DNA of 64,000 nucleotides from Acidobacteriota bacterium (GCA_963666215.2 CAXWPL010000004.1:416001-480000); one strand, 5' to 3'; numbered from the stretch's first letter, positions 36,731 through 48,301 are shown. Program-made: numbers and translations. The notes: a model not told the origin generated them from the sequence alone.

Positions 36731-38406
36731 ATTTCGCCCTCGAGCCCGAGCTCGCCAACGGCGATCTCGCGCATGCGAAATTTCTGGATCTTGCCGGTGA
36801 CGGTCATCGGGAACTCATCGACGAACTTCCAGTAGCGCGGGATCTTGAACGTTGCGATCGTGCCGCGGCAGTACTCGGCGAGGCTATCGCCGTCGATCGT
36901 GTTCTCGATCTCGTGCTGGGCCCGCGCACGGAGCTTGACCCACGCCATCACCTCCTCGCCATAGCGCTCCGAGGGCACTCCAATGACCTGGGCGTCTTCG
37001 ACGTCGGGGTGGGTGTATAGAAACTCTTCGATCTCGCGCGGATAGATGTTCTCGCCGCCGCGAATGATCATGTCTTTGATGCGGCCGACGATGCTGATGT
37101 AGCCCTCCTCGTCGAGCGTCGCCAGATCGCCGGTGTGCATCCAACGCGCCGCGTCGATCGCCGCCGTCGTGGCCTCGTGATCTTTCCAGTAACCCAGCAT
37201 GACGTTGTAGCCGCGCGTGCACAGCTCGCCGCGCTCGCCGAGCGGCACCACCCGACCACTCTCGGGGTCGACGATCTTGATCTCTACGTGCGGGTGCACG
37301 CGGCCCACGGTGGCAACACGCTTCTCCACCGGATCGTCGACGGCCGTGTGGGTGGATGCGGGCGACGTCTCTGTCATTCCGTAGGCAATCGTCACTTCGC
37401 GCATGTTCATGCGCTCGAAGACCTCTTTCATCACCTCGATCGGACACGGCGATCCAGCCATGATCCCCGTGCGTAGCGACGACAGATCGGTGCTCTCGAA
37501 GCTGTCGTGCTTGAGCTGCGCGATGTACATGGTGGGCACGCCGTACAACGAGGTGCAGCGCTCGGCCTCGATCGTGGCAAGCGTTTCACCCGGCTCGAAC
37601 GCCTCACCCGGAACCACCACGCAGGCGCCGTGGCTGGTGCAAGCCAGGTTGCCGATCACCATGCCGAAGCAGTGGTAGAAGGGCACCGGTACACAAACGC
37701 GATCGGCCTCGGTGTACCGTAGGATCTCGCCGCAGAAGAAGCCGTTGTTGAGGATGTTGTGGTGCGACAGCGTCGCCCCCTTGGGCATCCCTGTAGTCCC
37801 CGAGGTGTACTGGATGTTGATCGGATCGTCGAAGGTGAGGCTAGCCTCGCGCGCGGCGAGGGCGTCGTTCTCCACGAGCTGATGTTGCTGGCCCAACTCG
37901 GAGTCGTGCGCCGCGGCGCTCGCCCCCTCGAGCGCTTCCCAGTCGTTCTCGAATACCAGCGCTTCCTCCAGCTCAGGGCACTCGCCGCGGACAGCGTCGA
38001 GGATGGCAACGTAGTCGGTAGCTCGAAAGCCTCGCGACATCAACAACAGCCGTACGCCCGACTGGTTGAGGACATGCTCCAGCTCGCGCGCCTTGTAGGC
38101 CGGGTTGACGTTGACCAGAATCGCGCCGATACGTGCCGTGGCGTACTGGATCACCACCCACTCGTAGCGGTTGGGCGACCAAACACCCACGCGATCACCC
38201 TTCTGGATGCCGCGCGCCAGTAGCGCCCCCGCCACACGAGTCGTCGCCTCCCAGAGCTGCTGGTAGCTGGCTCGGTAGCCTTGTGAGCGCACAACCAGGG
38301 CGTCGCGATCGCCGAACCGTTCCACAGTGCGGCGCAGGTTGTCGCCAATCGTCTCGCCGAGCAGCGGCATCTCGCTGCTGCCGTGGGTGTACGAGGTTCG
38401 CGTCAT
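36727..38406 (-). CDS. AMP-binding acyl-CoA synthetase (fatty-acid--CoA ligase)
   Basis: [52 protein letters not shown]. Confidence 0.95.
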   Translation of the reverse strand: MTRTSYTHGSSEMPLLGETIGDNLRRTVERFGDRDALVVRSQGYRASYQQLWEATTRVAGALLARGIQKGDRVGVWSPNRYEWVVIQYATARIGAILVNVNPAYKARELEHVLNQSGVRLLLMSRGFRATDYVAILDAVRGECPELEEALVFENDWEALEGASAAAHDSELGQQHQLVENDALAAREASLTFDDPINIQYTSGTTGMPKGATLSHHNILNNGFFCGEILRYTEADRVCVPVPFYHCFGMVIGNLACTSHGACVVVPGEAFEPGETLATIEAERCTSLYGVPTMYIAQLKHDSFESTDLSSLRTGIMAGSPCPIEVMKEVFERMNMREVTIAYGMTETSPASTHTAVDDPVEKRVATVGRVHPHVEIKIVDPESGRVVPLGERGELCTRGYNVMLGYWKDHEATTAAIDAARWMHTGDLATLDEEGYISIVGRIKDMIIRGGENIYPREIEEFLYTHPDVEDAQVIGVPSERYGEEVMAWVKLRARAQHEIENTIDGDSLAEYCRGTIATFKIPRYWKFVDEFPMTVTGKIQKFRMREIAVGELGLEGEI

Positions 38407-38504
38407 TCAGCGGCTCCTGGGATCGTGGCGCCGACAGTGTAGCGGTCGGCGGCGACGGAACGACGAAACCCGAGGCGAGCGACTCGCGTACTAGCTGACA
38501 TGTA

Positions 38505-38522
38505 TTCCTCACTTTTGAAGAA
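38505..38522. promoter_or_regulatory. Putative PadR-3 operator, imperfect palindrome TTCCTCA-CTTT-TGAAGAA
   Basis: 6/7 inverted repeat in the AT-rich stretch about 30 bp upstream of PadR-3. Confidence 0.4.
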
Positions 38523-38549
38523 AAAACAGCCGCGATCGGACCGCATCTG

Positions 38550-38891
38550 ATGGGAAAAGGCCGATTTCTAGGAGAATTCGAGCAGGTGGTGCTTCTCGCA
38601 CTTGCCCGTCTCGGCGATCGCGCATACGGCATGGCGATCCGCCAGGAGATCGAGCGCAGGACCGCGCGAGAGCCGGCGATTGGCGCCGTTTATTCCGCCC
38701 TCGATCGTATGGAGCGCAAGGGCTACGTCGTGCCTCGAGCCGGCGAGCCCACGGCGGAGCGCGGCGGCAAGGCCAAGCGCTTCTACCGGCTCAGCACCGC
38801 CGGAGTCGAGGCTCTCGAGCGCTCGCGCCGGATGTTGAATCGGCTCTGGGAAGACGTGGAGCTCGATCCTGAGAGCCGCGGCGCGCGATGA
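38550..38891 (+). CDS. PadR family transcriptional regulator (PadR-3)
   Basis: LGEFEQVVLLAL, AYGMAIRQEI, GAVYSALDRMERKG, RGGKAKRFYRL. Confidence 0.93.
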   Translation: MGKGRFLGEFEQVVLLALARLGDRAYGMAIRQEIERRTAREPAIGAVYSALDRMERKGYVVPRAGEPTAERGGKAKRFYRLSTAGVEALERSRRMLNRLWEDVELDPESRGAR

Positions 38892-41755
38892 TCTTCCGCC
38901 AGAGGCCAACGGCACCGCCGCCGCTGCCACCGACGAAGTCGAACCCGTGTGACAGCGAGTCGAATCCGCCAGCCTTGAGCCGCTTCTTGCTGGCGATCTG
39001 CGCACCGGCCTCGCTGCGCGCTTCGTTGGTTGCCGACCTCGACGAAGAATTCCTCGCCCGCACCCAGGCTGCCGCGGGCTCGCGCAGGAAGACCGCCCGA
39101 CGCTGGTACCGCCGTCAGGTGCGCCGATCGCTGGCGCCCGCTCTGGCGTGCCGGCTACGGCAGCTCCGCGGCGAAACGGCTGACGGCGATCTTTCCGAGT
39201 CACTCGACTCGGGCCATTCACGCAACTCTCGAAAAATGAACCTATCGCCGAATTTGCGGCGCCAGAGGAACACGATGGACGACTTGATCCAAGACCTGCG
39301 CTACGGCATCCGCACTCTCAGCAGAAGCAAAGGCTACGCCGGCGCCGCAATCCTCACGCTGGCGCTCGGGATTGGCGCGAATGCCGCGATCTTCAGCGTG
39401 TTCAACGCGCTGATGTTCCGGCCCCTGCCCGTGCGCGACGCGCACGAGCTCGTGGTCGTCGCCTCGGTGGATCAGCACGCGCCCGACGGCTTCCCGCACG
39501 GACTGTCGTATCTCGACAGTCTCGACTACGCGGCCTTCGACGAGGTGCTGCAAGACCTCGCGACCTACACACCTTTCATCGTCAGCCTGAGTGTTGATGA
39601 TGTCGCCGAACGTTCTTTCGTCGAGCTCGTCTCGGCCAACTACTTCGAGATGCTGGGCGTCAAGCCTCACCTCGGGCGCCTGATCGGCCGCGACGAGGGC
39701 CCCAGTGGGGGCGCCGGCGGCGGGCACGCCGTGATCGTGCTCACCGAGTCGTATTGGCAACGCCGCTTCGCCGCCGACCCTGACGTTGTTGGCCGCGCGG
39801 TACGCATCAACGGCAACCCCTACACGGTGATTGGCGTTGTTGGCGAGTCGTTCCCGGGCACCGAGTTCATCATGGAAATGGACGCCTACGTGCCGCTTCT
39901 GCAGGTCGCCGAGCTGTCGCAGTCGAACGGGACCATGCTGGAGAATCGCGAGGGCCACTCGCTGAGGGCGATGGGGCGACTCCAACCCGGCGTCGACGTC
40001 GACACAGCGCGGACCGCGCTTCAGGTCCGAGCCGCGCAGCTCGCCGAAGCCTACCCCGACACCAACAAAGGCGTGAGCCTGTACGTCGTCCCGGAGACCA
40101 AAGCGCGCCCGGAGCCCGGCACATCCGACTTCATGCCGTACATCGCGATGGTGTTCATGGGACTGGTCGGCCTGATCTTGGCGATTGCGTGTGCCAACGT
40201 CGCCAACATGATGCTGGCGCGCGCGACCACACGGCAGCGCGAGATTGCGGTGCGCGCGGCGCTCGGCGCCAGCCGCTTCCGCATTCTGCGGCAGCTGCTA
40301 ACGGAAAGCGTGGCGCTGTCGGCTGCCAGCGCGGCGGTAGCTCTGGCCCTGGCCTATTGGGCCACGACCGCACTCGGCTCTGTGAGCTTCTCGGGTGACT
40401 TTCCCGTGCGCATCGACGTGAGCCTCGATCTCCGCGTGTTCGGTTTCGCGCTTGCGCTGAGCCTGCTGACCGGCGTGCTCGCCGGCTTGTTCCCAGGACT
40501 GCGCGCGTCACGCGCCAACCTGCACGACAACCTCAAAGAAGGCGGACGATCGAGCGCGGTGGATCCCGCCCAGCACTGGATGCGTAGCGCGCTGGTCGTT
40601 TCGCAGGTGGCGATCTCGCTGGTTGTGTTGATTGCCGCCGGCCTCTTTCTGCGTAGCGTCCGCAACGTGCAGAACATCGATCTGGGGTTCCGCTCCGACA
40701 ACCTGCTCCTGATGTCGATGGACGCGACGCTTGGCGGCTACGACGAGGAGTTCGCCCGCCCAATGTTCGAAGAGCTCATCGAGAGCACGCGCCAGATGCC
40801 CGGCGTCGAAACGGCGGCGCACGCCACCTTCGTTCCGTTCGGCCTCATCTCCACAACGAGACCCGTGTTCGTGCCGGAACGCGAGTTGAAGGAGGGCGAG
40901 CCCGAGTCGGTGGGTGTGATGACCGACTGGGTGGGGCTCGACTTCTTCAACACCATCGGCATTCCGATCCGCCAGGGTCGGCCGTTCGCCCGCGAAGACT
41001 CCGCCGGCGTAGCGCCCGTTGCAGTGGTCAACCAGGCGTTCGTCGATGAGTTCTGGCCGGGGCGGACGGCGCTGGGCAGGCAGATCAGCCTCAACGGCGC
41101 GGCCGGCCCCTTCGTCGAGGTCGTGGGCGTGGCCGGCAACAGCTACCAGCGGCTCGTCGGCGAGGAGTTTCGGCCATTCTTGTACCTGCCGTGGTCGCAG
41201 ACATACCAGGGAGCTCGCGTGCTCCACATCTATGCGCAAGGCGACCCCACCGCGCTCGCAGCCGCCATCCGCGATCGAGCGCGTGCGTTGGCTCCAGGGA
41301 TGCCGGTCTACGACGTGCTCACAATGGCCGACCATCTGAGTGGCGGCAACGCGTTCATGGCACAGCGCCTGGCGGCCCTGGTGGCAACCATGTTCGGCGC
41401 GGTAGGACTGATCCTGGCGACGATCGGAATCTACGGTGTGGTGTCGTATTCCGTGAGCCAGCGGACCCGCGAGATCGGGGTGCGCATGGCGCTCGGAGCC
41501 GCGGCCGGCGACGTACAGCGGCTGATCGTGCTGCAGGCATCGAAGGTTACGCTCGCCGGGGTTGTGCTTGGCCTGCTGGCCTCCGTGGCAATTACGCGCC
41601 TGATGGGCCAGTTGTTGCTCGACGTCAGCCCTACCGATCCGGTCACTTTCCTGGCGGTCACGAGCGCGCTCACGACGATCGCATTTGCAGCCAGCTACAT
41701 CCCAGCGCGTCGGGCCACGCGGGTCGACCCGATAATTGCGATGCGCGACGAGTAG
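38888..41755 (+). CDS. ADOP/MacB-FtsX family ABC transporter permease (intact, 955 aa)
   Basis: DL.EEF...RRWYRRQ prefix, QDLRYGIR, TLALGIGANAAIFS, IACANVANMMLAR, REIGVRMALGA, PARRATRVDP. Confidence 0.94.
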   Translation: MIFRQRPTAPPPLPPTKSNPCDSESNPPALSRFLLAICAPASLRASLVADLDEEFLARTQAAAGSRRKTARRWYRRQVRRSLAPALACRLRQLRGETADGDLSESLDSGHSRNSRKMNLSPNLRRQRNTMDDLIQDLRYGIRTLSRSKGYAGAAILTLALGIGANAAIFSVFNALMFRPLPVRDAHELVVVASVDQHAPDGFPHGLSYLDSLDYAAFDEVLQDLATYTPFIVSLSVDDVAERSFVELVSANYFEMLGVKPHLGRLIGRDEGPSGGAGGGHAVIVLTESYWQRRFAADPDVVGRAVRINGNPYTVIGVVGESFPGTEFIMEMDAYVPLLQVAELSQSNGTMLENREGHSLRAMGRLQPGVDVDTARTALQVRAAQLAEAYPDTNKGVSLYVVPETKARPEPGTSDFMPYIAMVFMGLVGLILAIACANVANMMLARATTRQREIAVRAALGASRFRILRQLLTESVALSAASAAVALALAYWATTALGSVSFSGDFPVRIDVSLDLRVFGFALALSLLTGVLAGLFPGLRASRANLHDNLKEGGRSSAVDPAQHWMRSALVVSQVAISLVVLIAAGLFLRSVRNVQNIDLGFRSDNLLLMSMDATLGGYDEEFARPMFEELIESTRQMPGVETAAHATFVPFGLISTTRPVFVPERELKEGEPESVGVMTDWVGLDFFNTIGIPIRQGRPFAREDSAGVAPVAVVNQAFVDEFWPGRTALGRQISLNGAAGPFVEVVGVAGNSYQRLVGEEFRPFLYLPWSQTYQGARVLHIYAQGDPTALAAAIRDRARALAPGMPVYDVLTMADHLSGGNAFMAQRLAALVATMFGAVGLILATIGIYGVVSYSVSQRTREIGVRMALGAAAGDVQRLIVLQASKVTLAGVVLGLLASVAITRLMGQLLLDVSPTDPVTFLAVTSALTTIAFAASYIPARRATRVDPIIAMRDE

Positions 41756-41856
41756 GATCAACGGCTGCGCTCCGGTATCCTCTCGCTGGATGTCCCATGT
41801 GGGATGTCGACCGCACGCCAGACGCGGCGTGCACAGAGCGGGAGTAGCGGCACCGG

Positions 41857-43233
41857 ATGGAGGGCTCGGAAGTAGCAGCCAGTAGTTGGACGTACGTCCT
41901 TCGGCTGGGAGTCACGCTCCTCTTCGTCGCGCTCAACGGCTTCTTCGTTGCGGCTGAGTTCGCCCTCGTCAAGGTTCGGGTGTCGCGCATCGAGGGCCTC
42001 GCGGATACCGGGAATCGACGAGCCGGGGTGGCGCAATACCTCGTCGAGAACCTCGACTTCTATTTGTCGGCCTGCCAGCTCGGCATCACGCTGGCGAGCC
42101 TGATTCTCGGATGGCTCGCCGAGCCGGCTGTGGCGCAGATCCTGCTCCTGGGCGTCGCGGCGCTGGGCTGGGAGCACGTATTCAGTCCAGCCGTGACACA
42201 CGCGATTGCGCTCATGCTCGCGCTGACGGTCGTCACGATCCTCCACATGACGATCGGCGAGCAGGCGCCGAAGATCTGGGCGATCCGGCGCGCCGACAGC
42301 ACCGTGCTCAACATCGCCTATCCACTGCGCGTCTTTGCAGCCCTCCTGGCGCCGTTCATTTGGGTCATCAACGAGATCTCGATGTGGCTTCTCCGCCTGG
42401 CCGGCATGACGAGCGAGGAGCACGGCGAAGGGACTCACAACGTCGCCGAGATCTGCACGATCCTGGTCACCTCCGCCGAGGCCGGACACCTGTCGAACCG
42501 CCAGCTGCAGCTCGCCGAGAACGTGCTTCATCTGGTCGATCTCGAAGTCCGGCACATCTTCGTCCCGCGAGTGGATGTGGTGAGCCTGTCGCTGGCCCGG
42601 CCGCTGGAAGAGAACCTCGAAGTGGTGCGCGACACCAGCCACACACGTTTCCCGGTTTGTGAGACCGACCTCGACTCAGTCGTCGGTATCGTTCACGTGA
42701 AGGACGTCGCCACCGCCACGCTCTCCGGCCAAGACATCGATCTGCGGGTACTGGCGCGCAAGCCCGTCTTCGTGTCGGATACGCAGCCTCTCGCCGGGCT
42801 CATCGCCGAGATGCAGGTCAAGCGCGCACACAGCGCGGTGGTGCTCGACGAGCACGGCTCGGTGCTCGGACTGGTTTTTCTCGAGGACGCAATCGAGCAC
42901 GTCGTTGGCACAATCCGTGATGAGTTCGACGAAGTCGCACCGGCGCCGCACCAGGAAACGGACGGCTCGCTCCACGTCCCGGGCGGCTACCCGCGGCCGC
43001 AGGCGATCGAGCAACTGGGGCTTCCCGAGCTCGACGACGCGGCCGACACGATTGGTGGCTACGTGACATCGCGGCTGGGGCGTCTACCCACCGAAGGCGA
43101 CGAGCTGGACATCGGATCGTATCGGGTAACGGTAGCCAAGGTCGCACGACGACGAGTCGCCTGGCTCAGCTTCCGCAACGCCGAGGCGGTCGAGGCGGCC
43201 GAAGCCGGGGAAGCGACCCCGAGCGACGCGTAG
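41857..43233 (+). CDS. CNNM/DUF21-CBS-CorC (hemolysin family/TlyC-like) transporter
   Basis: NGFFVAAEFALV, CQLGITLASL, GEQAPK, HTRFPV, DEHG..G, EDAIE..VG.IRDEFD. Confidence 0.93.
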   Translation: MEGSEVAASSWTYVLRLGVTLLFVALNGFFVAAEFALVKVRVSRIEGLADTGNRRAGVAQYLVENLDFYLSACQLGITLASLILGWLAEPAVAQILLLGVAALGWEHVFSPAVTHAIALMLALTVVTILHMTIGEQAPKIWAIRRADSTVLNIAYPLRVFAALLAPFIWVINEISMWLLRLAGMTSEEHGEGTHNVAEICTILVTSAEAGHLSNRQLQLAENVLHLVDLEVRHIFVPRVDVVSLSLARPLEENLEVVRDTSHTRFPVCETDLDSVVGIVHVKDVATATLSGQDIDLRVLARKPVFVSDTQPLAGLIAEMQVKRAHSAVVLDEHGSVLGLVFLEDAIEHVVGTIRDEFDEVAPAPHQETDGSLHVPGGYPRPQAIEQLGLPELDDAADTIGGYVTSRLGRLPTEGDELDIGSYRVTVAKVARRRVAWLSFRNAEAVEAAEAGEATPSDA

Positions 43234-43368
43234 TCGGCCGGGCTCCGAGGACTCTTGATGGGCCTCTATCGGTCGCATAGATTTGCCGACGCCCTTTCCC
43301 GTCCCACTTCAAACGGCGTGTGGTGTTTTGAGCGCGCCGACAACTCGATCAAGCGAGGATTTCTCCAT

Positions 43369-43790
43369 ATGCGCTACCGCCGATCCGCTGCTCTGCTGGC
43401 CGTCAGTCTTCTGCTGTCGGCGGCCGTTGCCGAAGGTAACTTCACGCCACCAGTCAGCAATCGGACCGGTCTCACGAAGCTCAAGCGGGCCAAGGTCAAT
43501 CCCGGCGTCGTGGTTTTCGCGGGGCTCGACGGCGTGATTCAGATCGTCAACATCAATGGCAAGATCGTGCGCCGCCTGCGACCGCCGGCGGGCAGCTCCT
43601 ATTTCTACCCGCGGCCGCTCGACAACGGCAACATCCTGGTACGTCTCAACACCGGAGACGAGCCTCGCACGATTCTCGAGCTCGACCAGCAGGGCAACAC
43701 CGTGTGGAGCTACGTCGCTCCCGAGGGTGTGTTCTTCCACCACGACCATTCGCGGCTCAACAACGGAAATACGCTGATCTTGTGCTCGCT
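43369..43790 (+). pseudogene. N-terminal fragment of an aryl-sulfate sulfotransferase (ASST)-like secreted protein
   Basis: Signal peptide, PLDNGNILV, ELDQQGNTVWSY, HHDHSRLNNGNTLIL; homology ends abruptly. Confidence 0.7.
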
Positions 43791-44180
43791 GCGCAGGCTG
43801 CCGATCATCAGACCGGCGCCAACCAGCAGCACGAACACCAGAGCCGCCTCGGCGGCCACCAGCGCAACACGAATCGAGCGCGCGCGGGCACTACCTCCGG
43901 TTCGGCCCGACGTCTGGCGAAGCATCACTTCAACGTCACGATCGCCCAGGCGCAGCGCGGGCACCAGCCCGAGCACAGCACCGGTGAGAAGCGCCAGCCC
44001 GAGGACCACGGCCCCGACAACGGGATCGAGCCCGATCGACTCGGTTCGGGGTAGGTTCCCGGGCTCCACGGCGAGCAGCGCCCGGGTCATGACTCCCGAA
44101 AGCGCCAGCCCCATCGCTCCGCCCGCCAGCGACAGCAACATCGCCTCCGCAACGAGCTGGCGGCGAACTCGAGCACGGCA
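43790..44180 (-). pseudogene. Internal fragment of an ADOP-type ABC permease (opposite strand)
   Basis: RARVRRQLVAEAMLLSLAGGAMGL...LPRTESIGLD...LVAAEAALVFVLLVGAGLMIGS. Confidence 0.8.
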
Positions 44181-44498
44181 ATGAACGCGCTCGGGTGGTC
44201 ATTGGAAGAAACCCGCACGTATATGCGCAACACGATCTTCGAATCAGACGCGCAGATCGCCACCGAGTCGTTGCGCTACTCAACCGACATGCCGGGCCAG
44301 GCGCTCGGCTACATGATGGGCAAGCGCGAGATCGTGCGGCTACGAGAGCACGCGCGCGAGGCACTCGGCGACCGATTCGACATCCGTCGCTTCCACGAGG
44401 CTCTGCTGGGGCCAGGGTCGCTACCGATGACGGTGCTCGCGAGCCACATCGACTGGTTTATCGAGCAGGAGCTGCAGCGGTCAGGCGACGGCGACTAG
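44181..44498 (+). pseudogene. C-terminal fragment of a DUF885 family protein
   Basis: MNALGWSLEE...ESLRYSTDMPGQALGYMMG...LRE.A...LGDRFDIRRFHEALL..GSLP. Confidence 0.8.
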
Positions 44499-44514
44499 CC
44501 GAGCGTCGCAGGAT

Positions 44515-44542
44515 CGCGGCTCGAGCTAGATCTCGAGCTGCG
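44515..44542. terminator. GC-rich hairpin between convergent genes
   Basis: CGCGGCTCGAG-CTAGAT-CTCGAGCTGCG (10/11 arms); no U-tract. Confidence 0.4.
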
Positions 44543-44543
44543 G

Positions 44544-46753
44544 CTACGGCTGAGGCTTCAACTTCGGCTCCGACGGCGGCGCCTCCCATGGCTCCCACTC
44601 AACACCATCGATGTAGCGCTTCAGCCAGCGGATCTCTTCTATTAGATGCACCCGCTCCAAGCGCGGCTCCTCGATGCCGTGGCCCTGGCGCGGGAACTTG
44701 ATGTAGCGCACCGGCGCCTTGCCGATGTCGCGCAGCGCGGTGAAGAACATCAGGCTCTGGCCGACGCTGCTGGTTTGGTCGCGGCCACCGTGGAAGAGGT
44801 CGGCGTCGTGACGTTCCTCACGTGGGTAATCGACGAGCGCTTGGCCCATTCCTCGGGGTCATCCCACGGCGAGCTGCCGATGTACCAAAGGGACACGTCG
44901 AAGTTGAAGCCCGGACCGGTCTCCGCGGCCCAGTTGCCAACCATCGCACCCACCGATGCCGCCTTGAAGCGTTCGGTTTGGGTGATGACGTAGCTGCTGC
45001 TGACACCACCCCAGCTCCAGCCACGCACGCCGAGCCGGTCGGGATCGATCTCGAGGTCGGGATTCGCGAGAACGTGATCGACGCCGGTCATCAGGTCCTG
45101 GTACTCGCCGTCCCCCACCTCGCCCATGAGGCCACGGAGCACCTCGTCGCCGTAGCCGCTCGAGCCGCGAAAGTTGGGCGCCAGCACGGCGTAGCCCAGA
45201 CCGGCGAGCATCTGGTACTCGGGGTCGAACCGGTTCGCCACCACACCGGCGGGGCCGCCATGGATGTCGAGGATCATCGGGGTCTTCGGATCTCGATCTG
45301 AGGCCCCACCGCCGGCGGCGGCGCCGCCGTTTGGCGCCGCATCGAGCGCGGGCAAAAATACACCTTCGATCTCCATACCACCCTTGCTGGTCCACTGGAG
45401 AAGAGCTCCCTCCGAGAAGCTCAGCTCCGCCGCGTTGGGATTGGCATCGGTGAGCTGAACCAGCTCGCAGTTGCCGGCGCCGCCGGCACAGGCGAGATCG
45501 TCACCGAGCTCGAGCGCGTAGAGGTTGCTCGGTGTGGTGAAGTCCTCGAAGGCGACCACCACGCGACGCCGATCGCGCGAGTAGGCGCGGGCGCGCAACG
45601 TGCCACGACGGTCGGTGACGGCCACCGCCTCGTCGCGCGCGACATCGAGCCTGTAGAGGTTGGTGTCGGTGCGCAGGTTCTCGTTGAACAGCACGTAGCG
45701 GCCGTCGGCCGACCACACAACGCCGTCAACCCGTCCGTGTCGCTGGGCTTCGAGCCTCCGGGTCTCGCCGCTGGCGGCGTCGTAGGTCCAAAAGTAGCCG
45801 CTGCGCAGGTCGAAGTCCTGATCCGAGGCAGCGCGATACAGCAGTGTTCGCCCGTCGGGCGACCACAGCGGGTCCTCCTCGGGGGCCAGGTTGTTGGTGA
45901 TGCGTTGGATGCCGCCACTGTTTGAATGATCCGGATCATTGGGATCATAGAGATACAACTCGGCGTGGAACGGATAGTTGGTGCGCCGGTCAGGCCTCGC
46001 CACAATCGCTACGCGACCATCCGCAGCCGGGTCGAAGCCCACAACAACGTGCTCCGCACGAGTGAGTCGCCGCTCCTCGCTGTTCGCCAGATCGAGCAGC
46101 CAGAGGTTGCTGTAGCGCGCCTCGTCCTTGCCGTTGGGCCCCTCGTCGACGAATACCGGATCGCGCCCGAGCTCGTGCTCGCGCGCCGCCGCCTCGTCGA
46201 GCTGTTCGTCGGCAACGAAGTACAGCGCCGAGCTGTCGGCGGCCCATTTGTAGGACCGCACACCGCCCGCGTGTCGCGACGCCTGCACGGCCTCTCCGCC
46301 AGCGGTGTTCAACAGAAAGATCTGAGACTCGTCGTCGACCTCGCGCAGCATCGCGACACGAGAGCCGTCGGGAGCAAACCGCAGTGCTTCCCCACCGGCG
46401 TCGCCGAGATAACGACGCGGCAATCCGCCAGCAAAATCCACCCGGTCGTGGTCGGAGCGACGCTTGTTCTCATCCCAGACGAGCTCGCTCTGGGCGAACA
46501 CCACCTGTGTTCCATCGGGCGAGATCACCGGGGCTTCGATACGGACCACGGCGAGCACGTCGTCTACGGTCATCGAACGCCCCGCGGCCTGTGAGTGGGC
46601 GACCGCCGTGGTCGGCAGCAGCGGCGTGCTCGAAAGAGCCGCCAGTGCCACGACTGCCGTGAGCAGCGTTGGCATCTTCAAGCTCGTCGGCTTCGGTTGT
46701 TGGGTCGGCTTCGTCAACTTCAATGGGGCCGCGCCTCGTCGTCTCATGATCAC
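44544..46753 (-). CDS. S9 family (prolyl oligopeptidase/acylaminoacyl peptidase) with PD40-like beta-propeller; frameshift near 44790
   Basis: IHGGP, PNFRGSSGYG, GWSWGG nucleophile; the catalytic Asp/His segment (FHGGRDQ...FPRQGHG) is in the 44544-44849 frame. Confidence 0.88.
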
Positions 46754-46991
46754 CTTCCATCTCGCTTTTGGGACAGGACTCGCAACAGCCTACAAGCAAC
46801 GCAGGCCCATCCGAACGGGTCGCAGGTCTCGCCTCGGGGCAAGGTGCCGGCGGCGCGGCTTTCGCGACGCCTCCCCCGCGTTACGATGGCGGCCAGTACA
46901 GCCGCTACAGGCTGACGCTCCGTGACCCACCCCGCCCTGTCGATCTCCGAGCCTTCGGCGCCTCGACAGAGCTCGCAGCGCGAGGAGTCGA

Positions 46992-47909
46992 GTGGACCCG
47001 CAACGCCGCGGCTTGCTGCTCGTGCTGTTCACCAGCGTCTGCCTGAGCACCGTGCCCACCGCCATCAAGCTCGGCCTCGGCGACGCCGAACCGACGCAGT
47101 TGCTGGCGCCGCGCATGATCATCGGCGCAGCACTTCTGTGGCTCTACCTCGCAATCCGCCGCCCCGAGCGACTGCGAATCGAGCGCGCCGGCAAGTGGAC
47201 CAGCGCCCTGGCCGGCGGTCTCAACGCGATCAGCCTGCTGCTGTTCTACATGGCGCTGGGGCGCATCGGCGTTGGCCTGGTCATGCTCGTGTTCTCGGCG
47301 TACCCGGTGCTGTTGCTCGGACTTCTGGCGCTACGCGGCCACACCATCACCCGACTCGATTGGATGCGACTGGCAATGGCCTTGGCCGGCATCGCGCTCG
47401 TGTCGGGCGCCGGCGCGTACTCGGGGGGATCCGGAGCTGGAATCGAGATCGAGATCGACTCAGTGGGCTTCGCTCTCGCCGTGACCTGTGCGCTTCTGTA
47501 CGCGATTTACATGGTGATCCTGCAGGAACGCCTCACCCGCTACCCCGCCTCCACGACTACGGTGTGGATCATCTCGTGGATGGCCCTGGCCGCCCTGCTG
47601 ATGAGCATCGCCTCGCCCGCTCCCGCCCCGCTCGGATCCACCGGCTGGGCGGTGGTGCTGTGGTCCGCCATCATCGGAACCGCGGTGTCGCGCGTCGCCG
47701 CCGTCGAAGGCGTACGCCTCATCGGCAGTGGCAAGGTGGCTCTGCTGATGCCCGCCGAGACCGTCCTCAGTGTGAGCTGGGCTGCTCTCTTCCTGGGGGA
47801 ACGACTCACGGCGATCCAGCTTCTCGGCGCGGCGCTCATCATCGGCAGCGTCGCACTGGCGGCCGTGGGGCGCCTGGCCGCTCGACCCCGACTTACGGCA
47901 AGAGTCTGA
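46992..47909 (+). CDS. DMT/EamA family transporter
   Basis: About 10 TM helices in two repeats, FLGERLT..QLLGAALII. Confidence 0.9.
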   Translation: MDPQRRGLLLVLFTSVCLSTVPTAIKLGLGDAEPTQLLAPRMIIGAALLWLYLAIRRPERLRIERAGKWTSALAGGLNAISLLLFYMALGRIGVGLVMLVFSAYPVLLLGLLALRGHTITRLDWMRLAMALAGIALVSGAGAYSGGSGAGIEIEIDSVGFALAVTCALLYAIYMVILQERLTRYPASTTTVWIISWMALAALLMSIASPAPAPLGSTGWAVVLWSAIIGTAVSRVAAVEGVRLIGSGKVALLMPAETVLSVSWAALFLGERLTAIQLLGAALIIGSVALAAVGRLAARPRLTARV

Positions 47910-48301
47910 ACACCCGCCGGTGGCAAGCGGGCAGCGATAGCACAGGTGTCGGCCGGTTGCGGGACGTCAAGCGCAAGCGCCGGGCGCGCCTCGCCGGTAA
48001 AGAACATCTCGTGGGAACTTCAGGGTTGTGAGCTCGCTGTTTTCCAGACTACTGTATGGAGTGATGCGTCGGCAGTGCCAGCCGCACAGCCCACCCCCCC
48101 CCCCCTACCCGTGCATGCAGTAGATCCAGCAAGGGGGGCGTGGGGCCATGGTTGAAAACGATTCCGTCGATAGGTCGCAGGCGAGTGTGGGCCCCGTTCG
48201 CCGCGCTTGGCACGCGCCGAGGCTGATCCGCCTCGACGGCCCCGCACGTAACACGGAGGGTACCGGAGCACTAATGCCCATCGAGATCGACAAGGGCGGC
48301 T

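Noticed and set aside
43255-44184. 309-aa ORF as a real novel protein
   Set aside because: Its C-terminal half is the antisense reading of an ADOP permease fragment.
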